NCBI GenBank assembly: GCA_964035545.1 | Contig: OZ037767.1 | Span: forward strand, 22,274,628-22,338,627 | DNA length: 64,000 bases | Source of the DNA: Bugula neritina | Lineage: Eukaryota > Animalia > Bryozoa | Direction of reading: 5' to 3' | In this document: one piece after another, positions 26,673 to 41,379 of the stretch | How positions within the stretch are numbered: the stretch's first letter is position 1 | How the letters are laid out: every line of letters starts with the position of its first letter | Program-made: the position numbers and the translations under genes | The notes under the pieces: generated by a model | Seen by the model: only the letters and a program-made list of their open reading frames with translations | The model's database searches: none | What the model was told of the DNA's origin: nothing

Positions 26673-29081
26673 CTTTTTTAATTGTTTTAATATTTAATTA
26701 CATTTCCTGTCCTATTATAAAGTTCTAGCTCACTAAAACAGATAGTTGAAAAATAAGCCTGATTGGTTTAGAAAATACAAAATGTCCGACTACATTTTAA
26801 TGACTTTAGGATGAACACATATAAGCTATTTATAAGTTTGAATCAACACAAGATTTATGTGAGATTGAATTAGCTTGAAAGCAATTTTTCAAAAAAAATT
26901 TTATTTCCAAGAGTTCGATCTTAGATTTGACAAGCAAAGTAAAGCTGGGCTTAAATTAGGTTGTAATTTAAAATGATCTGCAGAAGTAAATTGCACCCTT
27001 ACTGCGTTGATTTTTAAAATTACTTGAACTAAATCAAAATCACTTACGTAACCAACTATACTCACGCAAGTTTATAGTCACTATCTCTGTGAGAAAACCC
27101 TGATAGAAAGGGTTTTTGTTAAAGCGGGCTAAGGACTTATTTAAATGAGGCACCAACTATACTTATAATAAAAGTAAAAAAAATGCTGGTAATTATAAGA
27201 GTATTTCTTGAGTAATTCTAGTAATGAATAAAATATTATTAAAATAAAAATACACATTATTAGTATTCGAATTATAATCTTTACTAAAACACTAACAGAA
27301 ACAAATTATTCTTCCTGATAGTGATAGGTGTGGAATTCTGTATCAGTATAAGTGAGATTCATACTCATACTGATTGAATATTAAATATAGAAATTAACTT
27401 TATCATACACTAGCTGCATACACTTAGAGCTAAGAGCAAGTGTCAGAGTGAGTTCAAGTTAAGCGTTAGTATAAGTTACGAAGTATAACTTATAGTATTA
27501 CAAACAGTAACACTATAAGAAGTAATACAATAGCATATTATAACTAAAAAATTTAGATTGCGAGCATCAGCATGTTAAACATAAAAATAAACTTGATCAT
27601 AATAATAATCATTTATCATAATGATAATCATAATTATAATCATAATGATAATGTAGATCAAAATGAAAATGAAAGTTAAAATGTATAACTTGATTTACTG
27701 ATTATGGTCACCGGTACGACTATTAAGATTTTTAAAACACTAGCTACTAATAATCATAATGCTTAATGCATACTGATAGTAATAGTACTAAGTCTACTGA
27801 AACAATTTTACAACATGATTTAACACAATGCATTTGCAACCGTTGGTATTTTTGCAAAAATTATTCCAGGCGCGAGCGTCAAATAGCCTAAATTCTAAAA
27901 TAATACTAAAGCGACACTAGAGTTATACCAGTTGATTCGAATCGAGCGAAAATTGGCATATGTCATAAGATTCAATTGAAAAGTTTAAAGCGCAGGTTAG
28001 GTTTCTGTGGTGACAAGAGCAGCGAGTTGTAAAATAAATCAACCAATCTAAAAGATTTACAAAGCGGACAACTCCACTAACTTCAACATCTGCTTCTAAA
28101 AACAATAACAATTATACTCTGCATAAATTTATTTCCTTATACTTATTTCATGCATAATTTCTGCCTCATATTCTATAGAGTATATATATACATTTTTGCA
28201 TACCTAATAGTAATTATGAGTATTTTGTAACATCCTACCTTTTTGTTAATGCTATGAATTATTATCTTTTATTGATTTATATCAATTATCTGAAGTGATT
28301 GTATTACAATAAAAAATATGTTGCAACATATTGTTTTCAATTTTCATTCATGACTGAAAAATTGCACTTTCAAAAAGACATTCTAAATATAAATTTTGTG
28401 TCTGTAATTTCTAATTTGGTTTTAGCTATTATATATATGTTTTAGTTGCTAAATAGATAAACTTATTTGATTGTGTTTTGGGTTTCGTCAGCCCATGGAA
28501 TGGAAGGAAGAATATTTGAATACCAAACTAATTATATTGAAATAAAAAAACCATAGTACTAATATATTAATAAAGTTGCTTTTATAATTTATTTAGGACA
28601 ACATCGTCAGACCTCAAGCAGCATATTTTACAAGTAACAAACTTGAGCATAGTGGTTAACTATCTTGATGCATAGAAAAAGAATTTGAGGTAATAATGCA
28701 TTAATATTTTTAGGATCATTACATTAATTGGTGCATTACTGCATAAAATCAAATTAGTGTATAAACTATTATGTTGGAAACAGAAGCATGTCAATTTAAT
28801 TATTGTTACTTACATTCAAATTTTGGCTAATTAAACAATTTCTTCTAATTAAATAATTTATTTGATGATTATCATCTATCAAAATATTGGTTAAACAGAG
28901 GCTGAAAAAATGATGTTTAACACCGAAATCTTTCAAAAAAGTCCTTTTCTCTAATTCTGTTTTTTACATGGTTCAGTTTTGAGCAGTTTTTTCTTACTAG
29001 ATCATTATTAATAATCTTATTTTACCTAGTCACAGCTATATTCCGAATAATGTAATAGTAGAATATAAACTGGGCAGCAGG

Positions 29082-32000
29082 TCAAATTGCTGCCGAAGAG
29101 CATTCGTCCTCTGACTCATATTGCTGACTTGTTGAAAGATTCACCTTTTCACTGAACTTTTCTAAAGCCACATTTAATTTCTTTCCTTTTTTTGGCAGCT
29201 TCACATTTTTAGAAACAATGCAAGCACACAGTGTCAATATTATGGTAATAATGGGTACAGTGAATAACAAAATAGCCAATGAAACGTGTGGCAGCAATTT
29301 GGCTTTTATTAATAGAGGTCTCTCAGGGTAGTCTTTCTGGACATAACATTCTAGTGATTGGTTCAGGGTATACTGTTTATTCACTTCGGCTTGTGTGTAT
29401 TCAACTTTCCCTTCCGAGTCTGGACAAGTTATTGGCACCATTAGACAATGTGAGTTTGTCTACAACAAAGGTGAAAATCATGTGACCAACAAACTCTGAT
29501 TATATATTATATTATGATAAGCTTTGCAACTGTATAATATATATGTCTATTGCACATCTTTAAGGCCGCATATAATATTTACAAAGGCTATGCAGTTGTA
29601 GAGTGCATATATAAATGTTACACAGTACATGTGTAAAACATATAATTCATAACAGTCAAGAATAAACAGAGTTTGTCAATACTTGCAACTTCAATAAGAG
29701 AAGAAAACTCTAGACAAATATGCATATAAAAATAACAAAAGAAGCTGCCCTATTACTGCTATCCTTGCAGCTGAATCTTTAATTTATTCAGAACAACAAA
29801 CTACATAGTTTATTTTACCAAACAGTCAATGTGTTTATACTTTATAGCTAAACAGCATTTATGGTGGTGCCCTTCATTATGTTTTAAATAGAATTAGTAA
29901 AGTAATGGCTAGTCCATTCACTGCAATCACATATATATTACTTAATAGTTTAATTAATTACTGCTTTTAATTTTGAATTGATTAAGTTAATAATGATCAT
30001 CAACAATAAGTATTGCATCATAGTATATTAACATAATTAAGGTAATAGTTTATGCTCAAATCAGCTGAATTAGTTTTTAAGTATTTTTTCAGTGCTGGCT
30101 ATGAATAGTTTGAGCAATAACTAAAAGGTTTGTGAGAAATAGAACTAAAGGAAATAGAAAATGTTCATAATAATTTTACTTTTTCTATAATGAAAGCTAA
30201 ATATTTGGCGAATTTTAGTTGTAATTTTGATAACTGTAGTTGTCAATCATGCTTTGTCATAGGCTATAACTATGGTTACTACGGACTAACCAACTGTATT
30301 ACTACTCTTAAGTGAAATATATGTTCAAATTTAGTAAAAATTGTCAAGTTTAAAATTATCCTCTGTCCCACAAGTACCCTGATGGCACCAGTGTCAGCCT
30401 ACATAAACAATCATTACTGTGGTAGTTATAAAGTTACAACCAATCTACATAGTTTATGACGGTACATATCAATATTAGTATTTGTCAGTGACAACTGGTC
30501 TTCTCTAGGTCTAATTTACGGCTATATCAATTCTCTTCCAAGTTATTTTTCAGGTTAGTAGCCTATAAACATTTATTCATGTAACATTGTGCTTGTAATT
30601 AGGTAATGCAAGAAGTGAAAACATATTGAAACTGAGTTTGAAGTGACTCGTCGATTACAGCAACATATATAAGAAACATTTAAAATTATATTTTTGCAAT
30701 GTTTTAAAGAACTTTCTCTGTGTAAGAGTTTTTGCAAGTCTGTGTGTATCATAGATTGTTTGAAGAATAACAAGTGTGATTTTATAACCTGAGTAACTAA
30801 AATAACTGACAGAGTAGAAGCCAAGTTATAGGTGAGAGTATCTACTCAACTTGGTGCTAATGCATAATATTATAAGCTTTACACTATATAGGTACATTAC
30901 ATTGCTATTCATGCTTATTCCACACTCACACTTTGTATCATGTACATATAATGTTTGAGACATCATCTACTGTTATACGGTGATAATGAGCTAAATTCCC
31001 ATCATATGCATTTGGTGTTAAGATGTAGCCAAGGTTTTGATGTAATAGGGAGGTAACTTTAAGCCTTCTAACATACCAGTTGGTTTTTGACAGTTGCTAC
31101 TCTTGACCTAGAAATAATTGCTTTTGGAAGCGTTTAATGTAGATGTATCAAAAATTGATGCTATTTTCAATAAGAATGTCATGTTGGAAAATAAAAAGCT
31201 GACACACTTTATATGGAAAGTTAATCAATCATCTATTCAATTAGTGGGCAACTTTTTTGCTGAAAGTATATTGAGTCATAAGATTGAAATATTGGTAACT
31301 GTTGAATACAGCATTACCTAATCTTACTAATGGTCTTTGACAAATGATTATAATATGACTATTGTTTTTAGTAATATAGATGGAAGTAGTTTATTTGATA
31401 TAAACACTATTATTATAAGGCTGTAAGACTGCAATTTATATAGACATATTTGTACTTATAAATATTAGGCTCAGAAGTTGTAGTAATTTGTCAAAAGTAA
31501 ATCTGCAGTTAAGTATAGCCATTTAAGTAGACTCAATTTGGTTTGGCCTCATTCTGCATTATAGAGTAGTTTCAGAAGGTATTTGTAATTACATCTGCCA
31601 GTTCTTTTAATTACCCTTATATAAAATTGTCACTTAATCTCTGCTAAGCCTGATGTACTACAGGTGTTCATTAATTATCTAGAACCAGGATAAAACATCA
31701 TGTTAAAAGAATTTCGCATTATACCCAAAGCTTTTGATAAAATAGTATAAATTCTAGCTTTTCTAGAAAAATTGACATCAGTCTTTTACGGTCTTTGATT
31801 GGATAACGTTGATTAGGCTCTTTATAGCACTTATAATTTACCAAAATGTTACAGCAACAAATGCTAGGTAGAAACTTAGAAACAGTTTAACATAATTAGG
31901 CACCACTACCAAATAACAAGAAGTTATAAAATACAAAGTTTAAGATTTTCAAACTGAGCAAATATGTTAGTGGCAAATGATGTGGTTATTGCAAGAAAGA

Positions 32001-34545
32001 GAAGCTTATAGCGTAAGTGTTTTATTCACACCACAGCTGAAAGTAAGGGGTTCAATGAGCTAATAACCCGCTATGTCATACTCTTCTTCTAGCTGCTAAC
32101 ACTGCAAGTGGTCAACAGACAGCTACTTCAGCGAGTAACTGGTGAGATTTCCATCTTCTTATAACCAATAAGAATGCAGTTTGGTATTTTTCTGCCATAA
32201 TAAGTAGCCAAATTTACGAACATAGTTTTAAAGCCAGAATCCTTAACTTATTTTATTCTATTTGCTAACACAATTAGATAATTTACTAACGTGATTTAGC
32301 CAAACTTGCCAACACCATTACTATATAGCGTAAATTATATAAGTTTGCTCACACAGATTGATTAAATTAATTAATTTGAAATTGGTAGTCGATTTGTTAA
32401 CATGATACTATTTTGGATGATTTCCTTTTCGATGAAACAGAAAAACATCTTTTACAAAAGTAGAGCAAACTGAGCCATCCATACTCAGATAACCAATGAA
32501 ATTAATTCACAACTAAAAAACATTTTGCAAGGAGAATTCAGCATAATATTTTGAATAGATGTCTAAAACATGGTATTTAAAATCAGATAGCTATGAAGTA
32601 ATCAGAGATGAGTGCATTCACTCAATAGTAGTTATGAACCCTGACATGTTAGACCATAATATGAATGAGGCGTCATTGTGACGAGATATAATGGTAGCCA
32701 TTATGGTGGTCTATAGCTAAATGCATTGGCAAACCTCTAGTTTAATAAGATATATTGTAAGCCATATGTACATTGTATTTAATCTTATTTTAAAATTCGG
32801 ACTCATATCTAAGACCCACTGTAGGATTACAAATGAAATTTTTACACATGGTAACATCATAAAGCATATGTTTGCAAAAGATGATAGACATGTTTTGCAA
32901 GTCACTTTTTCGACGATAAAGCATCTCCCACGCAAATGCTACTCTAATACAATACACATTGATTTAGCATAGATCTGCATATTTTTAACAAAGCAATGCA
33001 GGTCAACATAAACAGCATAAAATCCACTTGACTTCTACTACGTAGTATCTGAAATTAGCAGTTGACGCAACTTATGAAATGCATACTTTTGATTAGCATA
33101 ATTAATTGACACAGTTCACTACAGTAGAAGTCAACAGAATGGACATGATGTATTATCAATTAGAATAATAATAATTACAGCTGAGATTACCACTATTTAT
33201 GTATAAACTCAAAAGGTGACTAACGTGTAACGTAATGCTTTACTTGACTTTCTGTATATAGGTGAGAGCTACTAACTAAACCTATACAGGAAATTACTAT
33301 CTATTGATTCTGTATGTGCAAGATATTGCTATCTGCTATATGAAGCACCTGAAGCAAAGTTTAGACTCTGCTGCTACATTCTGCATAAAATAGTCTCTCT
33401 AAAAAACTAACAATGTCTGAAAGTTGAGAAATTATGTACAAGTTTTACAGTTGCAGCATCGGTTACTTGAACTATTAATAAATTAAAGTGCAGTGTGAAA
33501 GTTATAGTTAAGCTCTATGTATACATGTGTAACATGAGAAGCAACTCCTGTAACTATTTATTTTACTCACTGCATATTTAACCATCAGATTCTCTGGGTT
33601 CCAGTAATTAACGTATCCAGCTCTTTGAAAGTTTTCTTCTGAGAGTTCATAGTGAACTGAAATACTAGCACATGGCATGTGGTCCTGCCGTTTGCAGACA
33701 ACTCCCAGCCACACCTCACAGCATGACGTCTGTAGAACGAGGCAGCACATTATAGATATTGACTAAATGGAACTCGTGCTGTGGCAAACTGCAAACTTAT
33801 AATCTAACTCACCCTTGCATCAACATTGTTACTTTGTTTTTGAAAAAGAAGTGACATATGTTATTCATACTGTTGAACTGAGTTGGACTAAACTAATAAG
33901 CAGTTATGTCTACTTTTTTTATTTTGAAAAAAAACTATCTGTATAATTAAATTTACTATAAACTGCAGATCAATAGAGAATGCATGAAAATCTAAACTTT
34001 GTAGAGATAACCGATCTAATTTACATAGCTCTTCATTGTATCAGATTTCATGCTAAATTTTCTGAATGATATAATATAGCTTACACATACTAATTAGAAT
34101 ATGATTTGCTAAATATATTAGGTCAAATGCATCACGTTGTACGGTATGAGGAGAATAAAAAAGAGAAAAAAAATTCAAATTGTATCTCTTTTCAACTGAA
34201 AAGTAAATTGTCTAAGCTAAAACCTTATCGCTTTGGAAGTTGTGGCTTTAACGTCAGAAAATAATTTACCTCTTTAAGGCTTTGACTTTTATGTCCAACG
34301 AAATCTACATTGCATCGGTCTGCCTTTAGCATTCTGAAAACTTGCAAAGTGTGTTTAGCTGGCTGAGAGTAAAGGACGAGAAGTACAATATACACTATTG
34401 TTTGTAGAATGAGTAGAGTAGCTGTAATGCATCTTTTCTTAGAACACGGAGCTCGTTTGCATTTTGTACATAGACATTGTCCCATCTCATTTAGTCTGTT
34501 GTGTAGGAGATTGCATCCTTTACTGATCTTAGCACATGCCAGCAT
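29082..34545 (-). CDS. Two-TM protein of the BK (Ca-activated K+) channel beta-subunit / TipE-like family, about 246-266 aa
   Basis: Three phase-0 exons: 34545 (or 34485)-34270, 33729-33583 and 29459-29082. TM1 (ITATLLILQTIVYIVLLVLY), Cys-rich extracellular loop (RCNV...SCCE...VCKR...PCASISVHY...NSHCLMVPITC...LECYV), TM2 (VSLAILLFTVPIITIILTLCACIV). Topology and Cys spacing match KCNMB-type subunits. Confidence 0.7.
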
Positions 34546-36866
34546 GATGTAGGAATGAAAATTATAAATTGTAAAGATCTTTCTTTATCTCCAATCTATA
34601 AAATATAGTAAATAAAACAAATTTAGTATATCTTCTACATCAAAAAAAATGTCAATAGTAGCTTTATGTCATAAAAGCTTTTCTTAGGCAAGTTTTTCAA
34701 TTCTTCATTAGTGGTTTTAAATTTTCTCTCAATTTTGTATTATTTCTAGTAATATGTATTTTGAATAATAATCTATAATGCAGCAATAAATTTATAGATT
34801 TTGCAAAAATAATTTCATGGAAATTCTTATGCTTAAAATTTTAGACGGAGCGTTCAGTCATGAAAGTCAATAGATATGCATAAACAAAATACTCAAACTT
34901 GAACATATTATAAGCAATATAATATTTTATTTTACTCCTATTGAAAGGAAGTGACATAAATTATTCAGAGGTCAAAGTTCAGGCTGTTGAACTGTTAAAC
35001 ATAATATGTTTTAATTATACACATTTGAACAATCAATTGTTAAAAATTTCATTTATGTTTTCCCTTAGTCCGTTCCCTTTTTATTGCCTAGTAAAAATTA
35101 CTACATTGGTAAAACTGAAGCATAACTCTTTATTTTAGATGCATGTTTTGTAGTTTAGCAGGAGTTAATCAGGTAGTATGGACTATATTCAGTAGCTATA
35201 CTGTAAATACTCAACATAAATATGCTAAACAAACACCAATTAGTGGCCAGGGTACATTCGCTTGCAACAAACTAACTGATTTTACGCAATGCTTCAGTAG
35301 CAGCTTGAGTGAATTCGAAATGCCTGGGTATTACATGGCCATAAGAGCAGATACTGTAGGAATTTTTTTTAGTAAACCACTGTACGAATTTTACTCTAGC
35401 AACTTTTATTATATAAAATTGTTAAAATCTTTAGACTATGTCTATTTTGATGTTGAAAGAAAAATTAAATATAGATAAGCAGTTTGCAAACCTATCAGGC
35501 TTTATAAAGACTAAGCGTGTTGTTAGAATGTCAATATGATGCACCCTAGACAACAAAACAAATTATAAACAATAATAACTTCATTAGTGTGATAAATACA
35601 TTAACACTAAACACTGCATTATTATAAAAGTAAATGTCAACACTTAAATACTAAATCTCAACAGCAGCAGCTGTCTTGGTATGATTTTCAATTTGCTGAG
35701 CTAGGTCTTTATAAATCCTTACGTTGCCATACCAGAATATGGAATCATATCTAGCAGGAAGTGAGGAAAAAAGTTGCTTCTGTAAACAGTACTTTACCTA
35801 ATATCAGTAACATATCATAATTTTTCAGTATTCAGACGTACTGTTTATTAGAATGCAAAGATCACTTGAATTTCTTACCATAGTTCTTGAAACTAGTTCT
35901 TGCTTAAATCCTTATTATTATACTCAACACATGAAAAGTTTCTACGCCAAGTAACCCAGTGAACATGAACATTTAGTCATTTACCAACAAATAATAATCT
36001 ACTATAATACATTACAAAATAATACTTATGAAACATTTGCTAGTTCCTAAAAAATGGTGCAGTCAACTTATAATGACCCAAAATTTCATTCTAGTAAGTG
36101 TTTAGGATAACTATATTCTTAATAGCACTGTTAAAAGACTTACACCAAGAATACTGATGGAGAGGTTTAAATGGACTCACAGTTTTAAGTGTAAATGACA
36201 CTAAAGATAAATTTCCAAGCAGCTAACATACCAACAGCAGCAAATAAGAAGCATTTGCTATATTTTTCGCTGTTTGTATTCAATTCACTCTCATATCCCG
36301 CAGGAGTAGAACTGACTCAGAGCACCATATCTATGCAGTAAGAATATCAAACAGCAAGAATATCAAACGCTGACTTTAAGAGCAGTTTAGCCAATAGCGT
36401 ACAAGACAGCTTGCTTATATATTATGTAACTGCATTACTTGCGAAGTGGATTATACTATAATGTATTATACACACTATGCAATATGGACTTATGTAATTA
36501 ATAGTAAATATGACGTATGTTTGCAAATTATTGATTTAAAATCTTGAGTTACTACAGTTCTAGTTATAGCATTAGTGTGTAGGTTGTTGCAGTTTTCATG
36601 CTTTCAAATTTAATTTCAAAAGCAATTTCTTTGTTAAAAATCCATTAATTGAAAACTAACGAGTTACTAAAATTAATTGGCTGAGCAAAGTCAATACAAC
36701 CAATAATTAGCTCTTATGCAAATACATGTTGTAATGTCTCTAGTTAGCACAGCTTATCAGCATTCACACAAAAACAAAGACCAAACAAATATAAACTCTA
36801 ATTGAAGTTTCTTTTGAATTTTTTTTTAAACCAAGCTGAAATCTGTATCTCTTGAAGACTGTAAAC

Positions 36867-37193
36867 CAGGGCTGTCCAACAGGCGACCCCAGGACTGGAT
36901 GTGGACCCCAGTCTGCATTTTTATGGCCCTCATAGGCATAAAACTGTAAAATTATTTTTCACTAATATATGAAATAGAGTGAAAAACCACCATTATGTTA
37001 TATGTTATATGTTATATTTATATACTTGCTACAAAACCTACAGCCTGCGGTAACTATTAAGACTTTATCGTGTGATGATTCATAATAATTTGAAAAATAC
37101 TGATGGATCGGCCTCCAGCTCAAGCTAAATTTTACAAAGTGGCCTATCATTCCTTTTCAGAAGCCTTTGCTTTTAAAAGGTTGGACACCCCTT
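36867..37193. mobile_element. Non-autonomous hAT (Charlie/Buster-type) element
   Basis: TIRs CAGGGCTGTCCAAC / GTTGGACACCCCTT; 8-bp flanks CTGTAAAC / CTCTAAAC (7/8 match, internal TA). Confidence 0.75.
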
Positions 37194-38539
37194 CTCTAAA
37201 CTAAATTTTGTTAGGTGTTATCACGTGATAACCAATTGTTGTGCCCAATTGCTATGGTCCAAATTGTAATCATGTTGAGAATGACTGTAATATCATACTT
37301 TATAGATTACACCAATGCATCTCATCAACTTCCAGTTTGAGTTGTTCTTACCCGCAGAAGGCAGATGCAGATGCAATTAGCAATAGATATGCAAATTTCA
37401 AAGCTTTTAAGGCACTACATATAAACCCACAATAGAAACATCTTACATGAAGGTAAAATGTTTATTGAGCTTTAGAAAGAGCTCTAATTTTTAAAAGACA
37501 TTATAGCAAGTTCCTACCTTTATGCAGTCGTAGACTAATAATTAGCCCATGCAGTCACTTGACATGAATGAAACCTGTAATTAAATTAGGTTACCTGCCA
37601 TTCTTAGGCAGTCATAACTTGCACGATTTACGTTTTAGTGCAATTACCGTCTGATATTTTGACCAAAAGCTTTTGTTTTCAATTGAAAAATCAATAATTA
37701 TTCTTTTATTAAAAATGATTAGTTTAAATTTCAAATTATGACTGTAAAGGCAACAAGCAAAAACAACACCCTAATTAAGAATGCTAAAAGCCAAATAGTT
37801 TCATGTGTGCAAATGTAATTTAAATTAACTCATGCTTATTCAAATTTTATAAGCAGACTCTAACACAGTCATACTGTGCAGCAGCAGTAGCAGCAACACC
37901 CGTAACAGCACAGCATATTTATTAAACTTATAATGGCTAGCATTATTCTGCATACTGTGATTTAATGCATCCCATCATATCTGGAGTTTTTAAAAACAAA
38001 ATTGTTGCTTAGTCTGTAACATGCAACTTTGCCAGGTATATAACTAACATATACAAAATAACATGTTATAATTATAAGTTGATATATCAATACCCATTAT
38101 AGATAATGTTGGACATTTGATACCCACTGTGTACAGTTGCCATCTAAAAGTGCTTTATAACAGCAGAGGCTGCTCCTATGGTATTATACTTAGAATACAT
38201 CTAAGTGTTGTTAAGACATAATAATTTTGTTATTAATCGATATGAATAATTATTCGATGTGTTGGACTTTCTCTTGAATAGTTCACATTACACTGCTCAA
38301 GTAAAACCTCATAATTTATAAAAGGCATTCAAGCAGTGAGTTTCTATGCTTTAAAGTGACACTTGGTCAGTAGAGTAATGCTAGTCAGCAAGCACTACCT
38401 TAAATTTTGAAGAAACTATTAAAAAACTTTTCATATGATCAATATTTAGCCTATGTAGTATAACATGCACATGGCATGCATAAACAAGGAATATTGGCAT
38501 TTTATTGAATGTATTTTAATTTTAGATTATTTTGCTGGG

Positions 38540-38720
38540 GTGTGGCATGCAAGTGGTCTAATTATTATAGCACTGGCTTAGTAAACACAAGGTCAGCGGT
38601 TTGAATCTCAAAAAAGAGCCATTAATTGTTAATATTAAGAAAAACTTTCAGGCTTATTTTCTTCTTTGCCACAATAGAAAAGTCTTTGCTTAGCCTGCTT
38701 TAAAAATCCCTATTTTGTTA
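38540..38720 (+). mobile_element. Degenerate tRNA-derived SINE
   Basis: Similar to 58015-58200 (GCTTAGTAAACACAAGGTC...GGTTTGAATC...AGCCATT); B-box-like motif present. Confidence 0.45.
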
Positions 38721-39115
38721 TAACATACAATTAGTTGCTATTATAGTTCATACTTGATAATACATACTACCAGTTACTCAATAATAATAGCACAGGTTTA
38801 CACCACTAGTGTAAAATATTTGCTTCTATAAAGAAGTTGGAAACTGTGCACACAACAGCTGAAGAGAGGCAAAGTAATGGCTTGCAGAATAAAACGATTA
38901 TAATTTTTTTCATTATAGCCACTGCTTGTGTAGAAGGTGTAAAATAACTAATTGCAGTGATTACAGTGATATATGCAATATGTTTGATACAAAACAGTTG
39001 TGTGATAAATAGGCTGCAGTTTCGCAGGTAATTCTATATGCTATAATCATTAGATGCAGCTTTTTGCATTATATCTGCAAAGGTGCTCACATATAGGCTG
39101 AATTCTAGCTGCATG

Positions 39116-39289
<174 letters not shown>

Positions 39290-40740
39290 TATAAACAAGT
39301 TAGTAGTTTTTGAACTAACCAAATATTACATTGTGTCTCAATTGTACATGCACACTTCAGTAAATTATAATATTATATCTAAACTCATAAAACTATCATT
39401 TGTATTGAGCTGATCTACGATATTAAAAATGCTCAATGTGTTATACTATGTTGACTTTATCAATATGTCAAAGTAAAAGAACAAAATGTCTCTTGGTGTA
39501 CTACTATTTGCATAAGGTAATTATAAGCTATAATGTAAATAGAATATTACACATTTCATAGCAATCTTCTTTAAATTATTTACCATTTTGTAGAGCCTTC
39601 AAATGAACATATTACATTAAAAATGATTGCATTGTGAATTTTTTTATTATAGCAACTATATTTATCTAGTTTTATCCATTTGAATAGTGGCAGTGAAAAC
39701 CTCAAGTAAATTTGGAAGCACAATAAAATAAAATGACCAACAATTTACACATACTAGAGTGACTTTTAACAAGGAGTTGTGTCTTCTTGACTAGCTTCTC
39801 AGCACAATGCATCTTTTGAATATCTGACTTGAAATCATAGTAATCTGACTTTCAAGAAACTAGCAGCCTTTAGACACTAGAGCTAGCTTCCTGTTTTACA
39901 AAATTATCAGAGGAGATATGAAAAATAATATGAACTCTTTGGAGAAATAAATCTGTAGACCATTGGATGAAAAAGTAAAAGGACCTATTTTTTAAAAATA
40001 TTTACTCTATATCCTACAAAGCTATCCAGTAATATCATTGTATAAGTATTGAACAACAAAATTTTGTATATGAGAGGCAAGGCAATTCTTAAATTAATAA
40101 ATATACCTGAGCTAATAATTGCAAGATTCCTAGTCTAATACCTTTGCAGCACTTTTATGGCAAACACTCAACTTTAAAAGAGCTTATTTTATAAAAACCA
40201 GTAGAGTGATAAAAGATAATGAACTGCAAACTAGTAAGAATTGGTATTGTAAGGTTCCAAGATATTCCTGCCTAAACATGGGATATGGATGAGGAACTTA
40301 TTTTGTTATGATAGCTTGATATCTATAATTCCAATTTAGTTATGCTCATTGCAATATCATCTTTAAAATGGAAGCATCTAAATTCCCAAGATTTCCCAAG
40401 ACTTCCTTGTCATGAGTCTATCAAATAGGCATTATATATCATGCATTGCATTGCTGTTTGCAAAAATTTGATTTTTATATTTTAAAGAATTCAAAAGAAA
40501 ACGAACATGTCATAGGAATTTTTGAGTAAAAAGATGAACTAAAAATATATTATAATTTAACACATTCAACTAATAAATTGTGGTTATTCAAGTCTAATGG
40601 GTTAGAGTATTTCAATCAACTTGGTTATAAAAAGCAAAAGTTCTATAATACCTTGTAATACAGTTTGTATTACAAGGTATTATAAAAATTGAAAATTAAA
40701 GTAGTACTTTTTTGTAATTATCATCCCATTCGAATAAATG

Positions 40741-40831
40741 GAGCAGCCGTGGTGTATAGTGCTTATATCTAGTAAACATGAGGTCTGGGGCTTCAGTCCA
40801 ATAAACACTTATTAAGAAGAGCATCCAATCA
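40741..40831 (+). mobile_element. Degenerate tRNA-derived SINE fragment
   Basis: GAGCAGCCGTGGTGTA...TAGTAAACATGAGGTC...AAGAAGAGCATCCAATCA, shared with the copy at 58015. Confidence 0.5.
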
Positions 40832-41175
40832 CTCCCAAAAATAGTGATTACAAACTATTGTACAAGTTTTATCATAGCTGATTAAACTACTTTTATAAAA
40901 AAACTATCAACGACCCTTACAGGTGGATAAAGAGAGAGAGAACAACTCCAATGCAAATTTTCTCTTTGTTCACTGAAGTATAATAAAGGAATTTGCAATT
41001 AAGAATCATTTTGCTTGTATTTATGTTGTGAAATAATTGTCAGCTAATGAAAACAATTTGGCTGACCTTTGTGAATGAGGTTACATAACTCATAGTATTT
41101 CCTTGTTGACTAGTAGCTATATATTGGCTCTTATACTTATCTAAAGAGTAGTTATTTCATGCAACTTGCAACAGC

Positions 41176-41379
41176 ATGAAGTCTAATATAGCAGCTTTAC
41201 TGGTTGTGTTGGCTTTCTATGTGCTTGTGACTAATGGGAGTGGCTATGAAGAGTTTGATCAACAAGTTCAGCAGAAGTTATGTAATATCTGGGGCCCTCT
41301 CTACCGATCTCAAAACTGGAACCAAGTAATCGGACTTCATTTTTTTCGAAAGTACATGCAACAATGTCCTAACAGGTAA
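41176..41379 (+). CDS. Small secreted peptide (67 aa, signal peptide, two Cys), function unknown
   Basis: MKSNIAALLVVLAFYVLVTNG signal peptide followed by a 46-aa mature part with one Cys pair. TATA-like TATATAT at about 41118, start context AGCATGA, AATAAA at 41515-41520. Confidence 0.7.
   Translation: MKSNIAALLVVLAFYVLVTNGSGYEEFDQQVQQKLCNIWGPLYRSQNWNQVIGLHFFRKYMQQCPNR

Noticed and set aside
35143-35478. 111-aa plus-strand ORF
   Set aside because: No recognisable motif, signal peptide or exon partners; composition resembles AT-rich non-coding DNA.
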